In this document: piece after piece, positions 37,281-46,032 of the stretch | Layout: every line of letters begins with the position of its first letter | Numbering within the stretch: the first letter of the stretch is position 1 | IMG/VR virus record: IMGVR_UViG_3300011339_000645 | Span: 1-53,865 of that record | Source: a virus | Lineage: Duplodnaviria > Caudoviricetes | Length of the DNA stretch: 53,865 nt | Direction: 5' to 3' (one strand) | Made by a program: the position numbers and the translations under genes | The notes under the pieces: model-generated | What the model was told of the DNA's origin: nothing | What the model saw: only the letters and a program-made list of their open reading frames with translations | Database searches by the model: none

Positions 37281-37610
37281 ATGAACTCCAGAGCTAAAGG
37301 AGCAGTCGGCGAAAGAGAATGGCGTGACCAACTTCGTAATGAAGGATTCACAGCCCGTCGAGGTCAGCAATTTGCAGGAGGGCCAGATTCCCCAGATGTT
37401 ATCTGCGAGGAATTGTCCAACCTCCACATGGAGGTAAAGCGAGTGCAGAACCTCAATCTTGACAAAGCCTGCGAACAAGCAGAAAGAGATTCTCGCGGTA
37501 AACCATACATCGTGGCTCACCGCAAAAACAACAAGAAGTGGAAGGTTACAATGCCATCTGACCTTTTCTTCTCACTACTACGCGATGGCATGGAAGGTAT
37601 AAAAAAATGA
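37281..37610 (+). CDS. PD-(D/E)XK Holliday-junction resolvase-like nuclease
   Basis: NSRAKGAVGERE...PDV...HMEVKR. Confidence 0.8.
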   Translation: MNSRAKGAVGEREWRDQLRNEGFTARRGQQFAGGPDSPDVICEELSNLHMEVKRVQNLNLDKACEQAERDSRGKPYIVAHRKNNKKWKVTMPSDLFFSLLRDGMEGIKK

Positions 37611-37753
37611 AAGCTGGACTCTACGCAAACATCAACGCAAAGAAAAAACGCATCGCCGCAGGCAGCGGTGAGAAAATGAGGAAGGTTGGAGCCAAAGGCG
37701 CACCGACTGCCAAAGCATTTAAACAATCAGCTAAGACAGCAAAGAAACGATAG
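37607..37753 (+). CDS. Small basic phage protein (48 aa)
   Basis: Hand-translated MKAGLYANINAKKKRIAAGSGEKMRKVGAKGAPTAKAFKQSAKTAKKR*. Confidence 0.75.
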   Translation: MKAGLYANINAKKKRIAAGSGEKMRKVGAKGAPTAKAFKQSAKTAKKR

Positions 37754-37778
37754 TATACCACCGAATAAATTGATATAA

Positions 37779-38021
37779 ATGGAAAAGCGATTCACAAAGG
37801 TAGTTAAGAACCCAAAGACTGGTAGGACAAAGACAGTCAAGTATGGGCAGGCTGGTAAAGCTAAAGACGGAGGAGATCGCATTCGCCCCGGCACATCCAA
37901 AGGCGATGCTTATTGTGCTAGGTCAGCAAAGATCAAAGGAGATTGGAAGTCTGATCCCAATTCTCCAAACAACCTTTCACGCCGCAAGTGGCGTTGCAAA
38001 GGTAGTAAGTCAATGAAATGA
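37779..38021 (+). CDS. Small basic phage protein
   Basis: KNPKTGRTKTVKYGQ...YCARS...SRRKWRC. Confidence 0.75.
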   Translation: MEKRFTKVVKNPKTGRTKTVKYGQAGKAKDGGDRIRPGTSKGDAYCARSAKIKGDWKSDPNSPNNLSRRKWRCKGSKSMK

Positions 38022-38563
38022 TCTTCTCCAAGATCGCGCCTTTACCTACGCACAGATATGTCTTGGTGGATTCCGACTTCACGCACAAGAGTCCGTGTGG
38101 ACTTGTTGACGCCATGTGGGTTGGAATCACCAGCATCCCCGGCAGAGCATGGGGAATCAATGTCATTCTTAGGGATGGTGGTGCTTTGTATCGCAATCTG
38201 CCTCCTCATAGTATCGGATTTCATTCTGAAGACTTTGGGTGGACTATTCAGCAAGCTCAACTCTGGGATTGCTACTCATACCACTTCACCATCGTCCAAA
38301 GCCCGATCCTGCGAGGTCTGCGGATGCGAGCTAAAGTCAAAGGAGAACTCCTAACTGGAGAATACCTATTCCATGTCACCCATGTAGATGATGGGTGGTC
38401 AGACTCCCCAGACCAAGATAAGGAGTTTTACTTTATCAAGCTAGATAACGGAAGGCTAACCATCCAGCCGACGAATAGAATTACATTCGTAGATGCCAGC
38501 TTTATCGTTAACGATAAAATGCCAGAGTTAAAGTTGAGCGAAACTATTTATTCTTGCGAATAA
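38018..38563 (+). CDS. Hypothetical phage protein
   Basis: 181 aa with ATGA overlap; GALYRNLPPH, QLWDC and IKLDNGRLTIQPTNR motifs. Confidence 0.7.
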   Translation: MIFSKIAPLPTHRYVLVDSDFTHKSPCGLVDAMWVGITSIPGRAWGINVILRDGGALYRNLPPHSIGFHSEDFGWTIQQAQLWDCYSYHFTIVQSPILRGLRMRAKVKGELLTGEYLFHVTHVDDGWSDSPDQDKEFYFIKLDNGRLTIQPTNRITFVDASFIVNDKMPELKLSETIYSCE

Positions 38564-38570
38564 AATTCTC

Positions 38571-38598
38571 TTGACACCATGACAAGATGTAGTATGCT
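38571..38598 (+). promoter_or_regulatory. Sigma70-like promoter
   Basis: TTGACA-16 bp-TATGCT. Confidence 0.55.
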
Positions 38599-38630
38599 TG
38601 ATGGAACCTATAGCAATAGGTGAAGCAACC

Positions 38631-39023
38631 ATGAAAAAACTAATACTACTACTAGTTATAGCGGGACTCCAAGCCTGTTCTACAGTCAGCAAGGAAACCT
38701 ATACCGAGATGAGAACTCTGACCTACCCAAAGGGTGGTCAACCTCACCTAAAAGAGATGTATCTAAAAGATGGAAAACATCAGGAGCAGAATACCTATAT
38801 CGGGACAAATGACCCCGCCCCTCAGTCAGCTCCACAACCAGTTCATTATCCCGCGCCCGAACCCTATATCAACGATGTAGACCTAATCGCGCCAGTCCCA
38901 GAGGTCAACAACTACCAAACTAGCGTCGAGCCAGAAAGGGAAATGACATTAGATCAATTGATCCATGAGAACCTAATGCTGCAAGCCAAACAAAGGAACG
39001 CATGGTTAAGAAGCCAAATGTAG
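38631..39023 (+). CDS. Lipoprotein
   Basis: MKKLILLLVIAGLQAC signal peptide with lipobox. Confidence 0.7.
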   Translation: MKKLILLLVIAGLQACSTVSKETYTEMRTLTYPKGGQPHLKEMYLKDGKHQEQNTYIGTNDPAPQSAPQPVHYPAPEPYINDVDLIAPVPEVNNYQTSVEPEREMTLDQLIHENLMLQAKQRNAWLRSQM

Positions 39024-39187
39024 AATATCCAAAGTGGTCTTGCCAAGAGTGTGGTAAGAAGCACGGAAAGAAACAAAAAGAAGTATCATGCTGGCATTAC
39101 GGAAAGTGTGATGTCTGCCAAACAAATAAAAGTGTTACAGAAGTAAGAGACTTCGGGCATTTCCATAACTGGTTTAAATCTAAATAA
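39002..39187 (+). CDS. Small Zn-finger protein
   Basis: CQEC...CDVC. Confidence 0.65.
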   Translation: MVKKPNVEYPKWSCQECGKKHGKKQKEVSCWHYGKCDVCQTNKSVTEVRDFGHFHNWFKSK

Positions 39188-39564
39188 TGTGTCCAAAATG
39201 CAACTCAACAAAAACAGGAATCTACAACTCAAGAAAGAACGGAAAACATGGCGGGTCAGTATGGAGACGCAGGCATTGCTTAAATTGCTTCCATAACTGG
39301 TCAACAGTAGAGATAAACCAAGATAGCTATGATGAATTGACAAATAAGTCCAACCTACTAGAAACACTCAGAAACCTTGAAAAAACAGCTTCAAATATTA
39401 TCGGAAAGGTTAAGGGAATTCTTCCCGAAGACGGAATTACCAGTCATGTTCATGCTGATCTCGATGACGATCATTGGGATATTATACAACATATACAAGG
39501 AGAAGAATCCAGAAAAGCCCTACCAATGTCCAGCCTGCGGCCAACCCACAGAAAAGAAACATGA
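39187..39564 (+). CDS. Protein with NrdR-like N-terminal zinc ribbon
   Basis: MCPKC...NSR...VWRRRHCLNCFHNWSTVE; no ATP-cone evident. Confidence 0.7.
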   Translation: MCPKCNSTKTGIYNSRKNGKHGGSVWRRRHCLNCFHNWSTVEINQDSYDELTNKSNLLETLRNLEKTASNIIGKVKGILPEDGITSHVHADLDDDHWDIIQHIQGEESRKALPMSSLRPTHRKET

Positions 39565-39646
39565 GAGATATATTTTTTGATCTGATGATCATGGCGATCA
39601 TCTTCTACGCAATAACAATAATAGTATACCACTACGGCCCGAACCA

Positions 39647-39856
39647 ATGAACGACCGACCTACACCAGAGACGGATGCGTTACGCGAATCAATCGACAGC
39701 GGAGCGGATACCGAAGCGCAGATGACGGCGTTTGCTCGCAAACTGGAGCAAGAGCGCGACGAGGCGCGGGGATTGTTACGCATTTTGGCAGGTCTTGTTG
39801 CCTGCGGCCTCGGCCAGTCAGGTGAGGAGTGGTCGCTGGAGGACATGCAACCATGA
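39647..39856 (+). CDS. PTPETDA / ERDEAR-type coiled-coil protein
   Basis: MNDRPTPETDA...LEQERDEAR. Confidence 0.7.
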   Translation: MNDRPTPETDALRESIDSGADTEAQMTAFARKLEQERDEARGLLRILAGLVACGLGQSGEEWSLEDMQP

Positions 39857-40077
39857 GAACGACCCCAAGAACTGATGCGGTTATGCAAGATCCGTTGCGT
39901 GACGGAAACGATCTGCCAGAATTAGCGCGTCAACTCGAAAATGAACTCTCGGAGGCTTTACGCGAACTCGCCGAGGCGCGAGAAGCATTGCAAGAAATCG
40001 CAAATGCAAGTCACTTCGACAACATAGGAAACTGGGCACGCAATAAAGCCCGTAAAGCATTGGAGGAAACAAAATGA
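39853..40077 (+). CDS. TPRTDA-type coiled-coil protein
   Basis: Start MRTTPRTDA by ATGA overlap; LARQLENEL. Confidence 0.65.
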   Translation: MRTTPRTDAVMQDPLRDGNDLPELARQLENELSEALRELAEAREALQEIANASHFDNIGNWARNKARKALEETK

Positions 40078-40781
40078 TGATCGACACGCAGACGCGTATC
40101 CATCAGGCACAAGACATTGAAAAGACTTGCGAGCAACTGGAACATTCACGCGACGAGTGGGCGGCAATGTGTGGCAGATACAAGCAAGAGCGAGACATCG
40201 CGGAGCAGGATGCCACAAACTATCATGCAAGGACTATTGAATTAATTAACGAGCGGGACAAGACGAGGCAAGAGCGCGACGAGGCGCGGGCCGATTTGGA
40301 GTTTCGGCGTGGTCTTTACAAGGTTCAAGAAGAATTCCTTGAAGCGGCAAGGCGCGATCTTGCTGAGGCGCAAATAGAATGCTTAGAACAGGCAAGGTTG
40401 CTCAGTATGTCTTCAGAAAGAGAAGCAAAACTCATTTATGAGCGCGACGAGGCGATAAGGCTGCATAAAAAATCTTTATGCGAACGCGAAGCGGCTGAAC
40501 GGGAGACTGATGATATGCTTGAACGAGCGCAAAAAGTAGAGCGTGAGCGCGACGATGCGAGGAAGATTGCCAGCGAACTTGCAATACAGGCAGAACGACT
40601 CCGCAAAGGGCGCGACGAGGCGCGTGAACTTGTAAAAGCTTATCAGGATTACGCGCAACTCCTTGGGGACGAGATTAACGATATGACCTCAGTGGCTTAT
40701 GTCCATGGCTGGAGATCAAATCGCTATGAGCAAGGCAAGGTGCTGCGAGAAAAAATTAAACAAATGGAGGAAACAAAATGA
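40074..40781 (+). CDS. ERDEAR-repeat coiled-coil protein
   Basis: Several ERDEAR-like repeats. Confidence 0.7.
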   Translation: MMIDTQTRIHQAQDIEKTCEQLEHSRDEWAAMCGRYKQERDIAEQDATNYHARTIELINERDKTRQERDEARADLEFRRGLYKVQEEFLEAARRDLAEAQIECLEQARLLSMSSEREAKLIYERDEAIRLHKKSLCEREAAERETDDMLERAQKVERERDDARKIASELAIQAERLRKGRDEARELVKAYQDYAQLLGDEINDMTSVAYVHGWRSNRYEQGKVLREKIKQMEETK

Positions 40782-41128
40782 GCGAACGGCCTACACCAGA
40801 GACGGATGCGGCTGAAGCTAAACGCCGAGCTGAATGGCTACACAAACATAAAGCGCCAAAAAACTGGATTATTCTCACTATGTTTGAGGTTTCAACGATT
40901 CGCACAGACCTCATGGCCCTTGAGCGCGAGCGCGACGAGGCGCGGGAGGCGTTAGCTGAGGAAATAAGATTCCATCACCGGACTCACTCAGAACTAATCC
41001 AGACTCAATGCAGGCTTATGGATATGACGCAATCTATAATCCTCACACTAGAAGAAAATCGCAACCTATCGGACGGGGACGATTGCACACTAGCTAAACT
41101 GAAATCCGTAGTCCCAGACTGGAAGTAA
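40778..41128 (+). CDS. PTPETDA / ERDEAR-type coiled-coil protein
   Basis: MSERPTPETDA...LERERDEAR. Confidence 0.7.
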   Translation: MSERPTPETDAAEAKRRAEWLHKHKAPKNWIILTMFEVSTIRTDLMALERERDEAREALAEEIRFHHRTHSELIQTQCRLMDMTQSIILTLEENRNLSDGDDCTLAKLKSVVPDWK

Positions 41129-41152
41129 CAATTATCGTTAACGATAACCAAA

Positions 41153-41440
41153 ATGAAAAAAACCAAGAAACAAGAAATAGAAGCAATAAAAAAACAAAGA
41201 GACGAAGCATTAGAAAAATGGAAGACAGAAAGAAGTTTCTACTGCTCCTCTCAAGACGAGGTATTAAGACTAACATTTGAAAACAGATCCCTCCAGCAAG
41301 AAAACGACTTGCTGCGCGACAGAATACAAACCATCGCTTCAGTCTACTACGAGAATAAGAAGAAAAAAGAAAACTTCAAAAAGATGGAAGATTATTACTC
41401 AAGCCATTTTGAAGAAAATCTTGAACGCGCATTACAATGA
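41153..41440 (+). CDS. Hypothetical coiled-coil protein
   Basis: 95 aa; starts just after a palindrome copy; contains QRDEA. Confidence 0.6.
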   Translation: MKKTKKQEIEAIKKQRDEALEKWKTERSFYCSSQDEVLRLTFENRSLQQENDLLRDRIQTIASVYYENKKKKENFKKMEDYYSSHFEENLERALQ

Positions 41441-41625
41441 ACCAAAACGAAAAATCCAGAATCGCCGACTTAATTGAGGAAGTCATCAAAGCATCCAAAT
41501 CAGATAAAGAATCCATAGATCGAATCCACTACCTCGGCCACATAGACAGAAGCCAGAAACAATACCGAGTCTACCTAACATTCACAGAAGCTAAAGCACC
41601 AATATCAGACAGGAATCTAGACTAA
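41437..41625 (+). CDS. Hypothetical protein
   Basis: 62 aa with ATGA overlap. Confidence 0.55.
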   Translation: MNQNEKSRIADLIEEVIKASKSDKESIDRIHYLGHIDRSQKQYRVYLTFTEAKAPISDRNLD

Positions 41626-41656
41626 AAGGAAGATGTATTATCGTTAACGATAACCA

Positions 41657-42049
41657 ATGAACTGGGACGAATACGGAATACAGATAGCTCAAGTCGCCGC
41701 CCTCAAATCCAAAGACCCGTGGAAAAAAGTAGGCGCAGCCATCCTAAGAGAGGATAACACAATAGGAGGTATAGGATACAACGGCTTCCCCCAAGGAGTA
41801 AAAGAAGACTGGGAGAACAGAGACGAAAGAAGATTGCTTGTAGTCCACGCAGAACAAAACGCCCTCAGATACCTTAAACCCGGAGAAGGAAAGACACTCT
41901 ACTCCACCCTTCTCCCATGCAACGACTGCCTAAAAACAATCGCCGCCTACCAAATAAAGAGAGTCCTCTACAAAGACATCTACAACTACGATACCTCCTC
42001 CCTCCTCACAGCAAAGAAACTAGGCATAGAACTAGTCCAATACGAATGA
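41657..42049 (+). CDS. dCMP deaminase
   Basis: SKDPWKKVGA, GYNGFP, HAEQNAL and PCNDC motifs. Confidence 0.92.
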   Translation: MNWDEYGIQIAQVAALKSKDPWKKVGAAILREDNTIGGIGYNGFPQGVKEDWENRDERRLLVVHAEQNALRYLKPGEGKTLYSTLLPCNDCLKTIAAYQIKRVLYKDIYNYDTSSLLTAKKLGIELVQYE

Positions 42050-42276
42050 CAGAATCCAAACGACTACTAGACTTCGCCAAGTTCTACCTCGACCCCCGCG
42101 AACTACAAATCATAACCCTCAGACTCGGCCTCAATAGAAGGAAACCAAAAACCCTCCAAGCCATAGGAGAAATACTCAACCTATCCAGAGAACGGGTAAG
42201 GCAAATAGAGAGAATAGCCATACTAAAACTAAAGAAGGGTTTCAAGGATAGACAAGCAGCCAAGATAACAGGATAA
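42046..42276 (+). CDS. Stand-alone sigma70 region-4 HTH protein (76 aa)
   Basis: LDPRELQIITLRLGL...TLQAIGEILNLSRERVRQIERIAILKL; start by ATGA overlap. Confidence 0.85.
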   Translation: MTESKRLLDFAKFYLDPRELQIITLRLGLNRRKPKTLQAIGEILNLSRERVRQIERIAILKLKKGFKDRQAAKITG

Positions 42277-42562
42277 CCTGAGAAGCAAGGAAAAAGCATA
42301 AACCGAGTTTGTCTCGCTGCTGGAGGAAGGAAAACTGGATCACACGATAAGCACCAAAATGGGTTCTGTGTCGCTGTCTGGAGTGCTACGCTTATGGTTT
42401 TGAGCTGCAATCTAGGCTGTGTGGGGTGGCCCACCACCGCCGTCGCCCTCCTATAAGAAAAGAGATTCCTTTAAAGCTTGACGCTGTCTCACGCTCACGC
42501 TCACGCGCTTTTCTTTTATCGTTCAACGCTAAAAAATAACTAGGAAAAAATAAGATAATGGG

Positions 42563-42590
42563 TTGACGCAAAGGGGAATTGTGCTACTAT
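42563..42590 (+). promoter_or_regulatory. Strong early sigma70-like promoter
   Basis: A-rich UP region, then TTGACG-16 bp-TACTAT with extended TG. Confidence 0.7.
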
Positions 42591-42769
42591 TAATTTGTCA
42601 CCTGGAAAGGTTTCCGCTTGTGACATTTGATATTTGAAAGTTAGTTTGTTCACTTCATGTTTCGCATTCCGTTTTTCGGCCTGGAATCAATCCTGTGGAA
42701 ACATAACACGAAATCCGCATTCGTTGAATTAGCGTTTAACGATAGGTTCGGAAGATGGAAACTCGAGAC

Positions 42770-43471
42770 ATGAAAACAAAAGAGAAAAACGCAATAGCTG
42801 TGAAGAATGCAAAGGTTGAAATTGTGCGGGAGACTGGTTCGATTGAATCCATGCTAACGCAAACGCGCTCTGGATATATCCACGCTGATAAAAAGCTAAA
42901 CGACATACCAACGGCTGATCTGGTGAACTATGCGGTCGATAAGTTGACCGCTGGTCAGTCTGCTTTGCGGCAAGCTTGTCTTTTTACTGGTGCGATCTAT
43001 AAAACTTGCACAGAGGAGAAAGCCAAGCTTTATGCAGACGGGTTGTCTGTAGCATGGGGCGGAATGTCGAAGGATATTTTATCAATCGGCAAAGCCCTCC
43101 CCGATTTAGAATCAACTGGCTTGGCTTTGTCCAATGTTAAAGACCTGTATGGTTTGCGCGAGGTTAGGAAAATCCTTTTAGGGGATGACAAGACGCAAAC
43201 TAGTAAAGCTGTGGCCTTGCTTAATGAAGGAAAAGCCCCGCGTAAGGTTCGTGAGGCTGTTCTTGGAACCTCCAAAGGTGACAAAGAACCTGCTCCTAAG
43301 GATGAGCCTGCCGAGAAGATCGAAGATAGTGCCTTGGTCATCGAAACTCAGTTCATAAGATTGGCCGAGCGCGTGGCTCTTATGATCGATCACGATGATC
43401 GTGTGAAAGTGGCAATGCAGGTTTTCGCCAAGCTTAAGCTGGCTGGCTATGCAATGCAGAAAGTGAAGTGA
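42770..43471 (+). CDS. Early protein in its own transcription unit
   Basis: About 233 aa (start 42770 or 42755) between a strong promoter and a terminator. Confidence 0.75.
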   Translation: MKTKEKNAIAVKNAKVEIVRETGSIESMLTQTRSGYIHADKKLNDIPTADLVNYAVDKLTAGQSALRQACLFTGAIYKTCTEEKAKLYADGLSVAWGGMSKDILSIGKALPDLESTGLALSNVKDLYGLREVRKILLGDDKTQTSKAVALLNEGKAPRKVREAVLGTSKGDKEPAPKDEPAEKIEDSALVIETQFIRLAERVALMIDHDDRVKVAMQVFAKLKLAGYAMQKVK

Positions 43472-43476
43472 ACAAC

Positions 43477-43514
43477 AAAAATCGGGAGTGTCCTTCGGGA
43501 TGCTCCCATTTTTT
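43477..43514. terminator. Bidirectional intrinsic terminator
   Basis: AAAAATC-GGGAGTGTCC-TTCG-GGATGCTCCC-ATTTTTT between convergent genes. Confidence 0.85.
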
Positions 43515-43543
43515 GTGCCTAAATTTCCTGGCGATTTTGCCTT

Positions 43544-44143
43544 TTAGATTTCGACTAGCTCATCCTCATCCTGCTCTTCTTCGTTCTCGTTAACGATAGA
43601 ATTTACGGGCGCGATTTCCCCTTCAAAGATTTGAATGTTATGTTTCTCTGTAACATTTCCCATCTCATCCCTCATCGGCGGCGTCACATGAAGGGAGATC
43701 ATCGCATTCACGCTCATTGCCCGTTGGTTCTGAACCTCTTGCTGATCCAGTCCAAGCGTCCTCCTCGCAGTCTTGTCCAGCTCCGTGAGTAGTTCCAAGC
43801 GTTCCTTTTGTTCTTTTGTGCCTTTCAGCTTCTTCCTCTCATCAATCACTTTCCTCTCTTCTTCTAGCTGCTTCAGCATAAACCACAGATGCTGTTCGCT
43901 TTCCTCTCCCATCTTGTGGATGAGCTTTTTTTCTATTTTCGCTGATGCCTGCGTTCTGATCAGGTCGCGCTGCTTTGCCCATTTCTCTCTAACCATCACA
44001 TTCCTAAAGTAAAACGGGGACAGCCCTTTGTATTGTGGGAGTTTTGTTATGTCTGCAACATCAAGCCCGGCCATGTAGTGGGATTTGATTTCTTCCCAAT
44101 TCCACTTCTTTGGGCGTCCAATGTTTTCTGGGTTTCTATCCAT
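43544..44143 (-). CDS. Probable terminase small subunit
   Basis: GRPKKWNWEEIKSHYMAG...REKW HTH-type N-terminus, central helices ending RRTLGLD, acidic tail. Confidence 0.6.
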   Translation of the reverse strand: MDRNPENIGRPKKWNWEEIKSHYMAGLDVADITKLPQYKGLSPFYFRNVMVREKWAKQRDLIRTQASAKIEKKLIHKMGEESEQHLWFMLKQLEEERKVIDERKKLKGTKEQKERLELLTELDKTARRTLGLDQQEVQNQRAMSVNAMISLHVTPPMRDEMGNVTEKHNIQIFEGEIAPVNSIVNENEEEQDEDELVEI

Positions 44144-44150
44144 ATCGTTG

Positions 44151-44179
44151 ACGATAATCTGTCCACATTTTCATGTCAA
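44151..44179 (-). promoter_or_regulatory. Promoter whose -10 box is half of a palindrome copy
   Basis: TTGACA-17 bp-TATCGT, then 7 nt to the ATG at 44143. Confidence 0.55.
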
Positions 44180-44207
44180 ACTTTCTTCTTAAATCCACAA
44201 ATAAATG

Positions 44208-44235
44208 TTGACAGAAAATATATATGTGGTATTAT
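44208..44235 (+). promoter_or_regulatory. Strong early sigma70-like promoter
   Basis: TTGACA-16 bp-TATTAT with extended TG. Confidence 0.75.
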
Positions 44236-44438
44236 ATATATAGTCGATGGAGTAGTTCCATCTGACCATTGTTCCTTTAACATTTTAAATGTTTTCAGTT
44301 TCGGTTTTTCGTGGCCCCTGCCGCCTTTCTCTTTTGGCGGTGGGGGTAATGCGGCGCAAGTTCTCGTTAACGATAACTTGATGCGGTGACAAGCCCGTAA
44401 AGCATAACGCAAACGCAGAGTCACAACCACGAAACAAA

Positions 44439-44573
44439 ATGAATACACAGAAAGTAATCCTTGAGCTTATCAAATTGCTGTCGCAGGCAATTTATATTAT
44501 CCGCAATCATGGTGCAGAAGATGATGCAGATTATCTAGACAATAAACTTCAACAAATTATTGATCCAGAATAA
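44439..44573 (+). CDS. Small early protein (44 aa)
   Basis: Hand-translated MNTQKVILELIKLLSQAIYIIRNHGAEDDADYLDNKLQQIIDPE*; preceded by the CACGAAACAAA leader. Confidence 0.6.
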   Translation: MNTQKVILELIKLLSQAIYIIRNHGAEDDADYLDNKLQQIIDPE

Positions 44574-44574
44574 T

Positions 44575-44802
44575 ATGAACACAATCGAAGAAAGCGGAAC
44601 AATCACAATTAACTCGCCTGTTCATGGCGCGAAGTTTGTGTTTGCCAATCCAACCCAACAGCTTGTTTACAAGCGTCTCGTTGAACGATACAGCATCGAA
44701 CCTCGCAATATCTACAAAGGATTCTGCGGAGACAATGTTGTTATCTGCGAGTGGGATCACATCACAATCGGCATCGAGGAGGATGGATATGCACACTCGT
44801 GA
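44575..44802 (+). CDS. Small early protein
   Basis: Start MNTIEES; ends IGIEEDGYAHS. Confidence 0.7.
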   Translation: MNTIEESGTITINSPVHGAKFVFANPTQQLVYKRLVERYSIEPRNIYKGFCGDNVVICEWDHITIGIEEDGYAHS

Positions 44803-45028
44803 GATCACAACAGCAAAGGGTAACACCTATATTTGTCCAGTATTCACGGCTGATGAATATCAGGTCGTAACCTATGGCTTGTCTAATGACGGCTGGTGTC
44901 TCACCTGCGGCGAACTCGTCGATGATGTGGAACCAGACGCTCGAAAGTATATGTGCGGGTGCTGTGGTAAAAAATCCATCTATGGCTTGGAAGAGCTATT
45001 AATGATTGGCATCCTTCAAATCCAGTAA
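44783..45028 (+). CDS. Small zinc-ribbon early protein
   Basis: GWCLTCG...VEPDARKYMCGCCG...IYGLEELL; start at 44783 or 44789. Confidence 0.75.
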   Translation: MDMHTREITTAKGNTYICPVFTADEYQVVTYGLSNDGWCLTCGELVDDVEPDARKYMCGCCGKKSIYGLEELLMIGILQIQ

Positions 45029-45104
45029 TTAGCCACTCTGCTCTGTTATCGTTTAACGATAGCAGGGCAGCAGGCTGACTACAACCAGTCAGTAAAACAC
45101 GAAA
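45029..45104 (+). repeat. Early intergenic structured element, copy A
   Basis: TTAGCC-ACT-[CTGCTCTGTTATCGT-TTA-ACGATAGCAGGGCAG]-CA-GGCTGACT-ACAACC-AGTCAG-TAAAACACGAAA-ATG. Confidence 0.75.
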
Positions 45105-45782
45105 ATGATAATACATGAAACGCAAGACATCGTAGCAATTGCTACTCGCAATTCGACCAATCGCAAGACTGGTAAATCTGTCCAGATATGGATTCTTGAT
45201 GCAACCATGCATCCTGTAGAGTCCAGACGCTCTGGGCATGACGCAGACAACCAATGCAATGGATGCCCGTTCGCCTCCAATAATGGATGCTATGTGAACG
45301 CTAATCCTCTTGGTGCAATCTGGCGAGCCTATCAGCGGGGTTCATATGAATACCTTCAGATGGGAACTCGCGAGTGGCATGATTTCTTCTCTGTCCCATT
45401 TGTCCGCTTCGGCGCATACGGCAATCCATCCCATCTCCCAGTCGAGATGATCGATAGCATCGCCCGACTCTCCAAGCGTATCACAGGTTATTTCCATGAT
45501 TGGCATGAAATGCCAGTGCCACTTGCCAAAGCATATGGCCGCTACTTCATGGCTTCCTGTGAGCCTACCAATGTAGAGTATGCAAAGAACCTCGGACTCC
45601 GCACATTCACTATCAGCGAGACTCCTCTCGTTAACGATATTGAATGCCTCGCAGATTCCAAGGGGCTTTCCTGCTCACAATGTGGTTTGTGTGACGGCAA
45701 CAATCGTCGCTCATCCCTTCCATCCGTGTGGATCAATCCTCACGGCTATCAACTCAAGAAAGCTGTAGAAGTAGTCAAATGA
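45105..45782 (+). CDS. Cys-rich putative Fe-S/Zn protein (Gp88-like)
   Basis: NRKTG, CNGCPF...CYV, VRFGAYGNP, TGYFHDW and C...CSQCGLC motifs; family name is tentative. Confidence 0.6.
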   Translation: MIIHETQDIVAIATRNSTNRKTGKSVQIWILDATMHPVESRRSGHDADNQCNGCPFASNNGCYVNANPLGAIWRAYQRGSYEYLQMGTREWHDFFSVPFVRFGAYGNPSHLPVEMIDSIARLSKRITGYFHDWHEMPVPLAKAYGRYFMASCEPTNVEYAKNLGLRTFTISETPLVNDIECLADSKGLSCSQCGLCDGNNRRSSLPSVWINPHGYQLKKAVEVVK

Positions 45783-45955
45783 GAGAAGCAAAACGCTACA
45801 AACCATCCGCTCTAGCCTCACAGAAGTGGGTCGATGAGTGGGAAAACCGCACAGACAAAGAAACCAATGATGCCAAGGACAAGTTCTTGTGGCTTCTATT
45901 GATTCTTATCGTGAACCTCGGCCTTGTCGCGCTGATGTTCGCACTCAAGTGGTAG
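45779..45955 (+). CDS. Small membrane protein
   Basis: Start MREAKR by ATGA overlap; C-terminal TM helix. Confidence 0.6.
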   Translation: MREAKRYKPSALASQKWVDEWENRTDKETNDAKDKFLWLLLILIVNLGLVALMFALKW

Positions 45956-46032
45956 CAGACACTCTGGTTATCGTCAACGATAGCCAGCAGTCTGCTTGCA
46001 TGGTGCAAGTGGAAAACCAAACACGAAACAAA
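45954..46032 (+). repeat. Early intergenic structured element, copy B
   Basis: AGCAGAC-ACT-[CTGGTTATCGT-CA-ACGATAGCCAG]-CA-GTCTGCTTGCA-TGG-TGCAAGTGGA...ACACGAAACAAA-ATG. Confidence 0.8.

Noticed and set aside
39377-39580. 67-aa overlapping ORF with a TM segment and CPAC motif
   Set aside because: It overlaps the NrdR-like gene in another frame. A shorter version from MFMLISM may be real, but I cannot support it from sequence alone.
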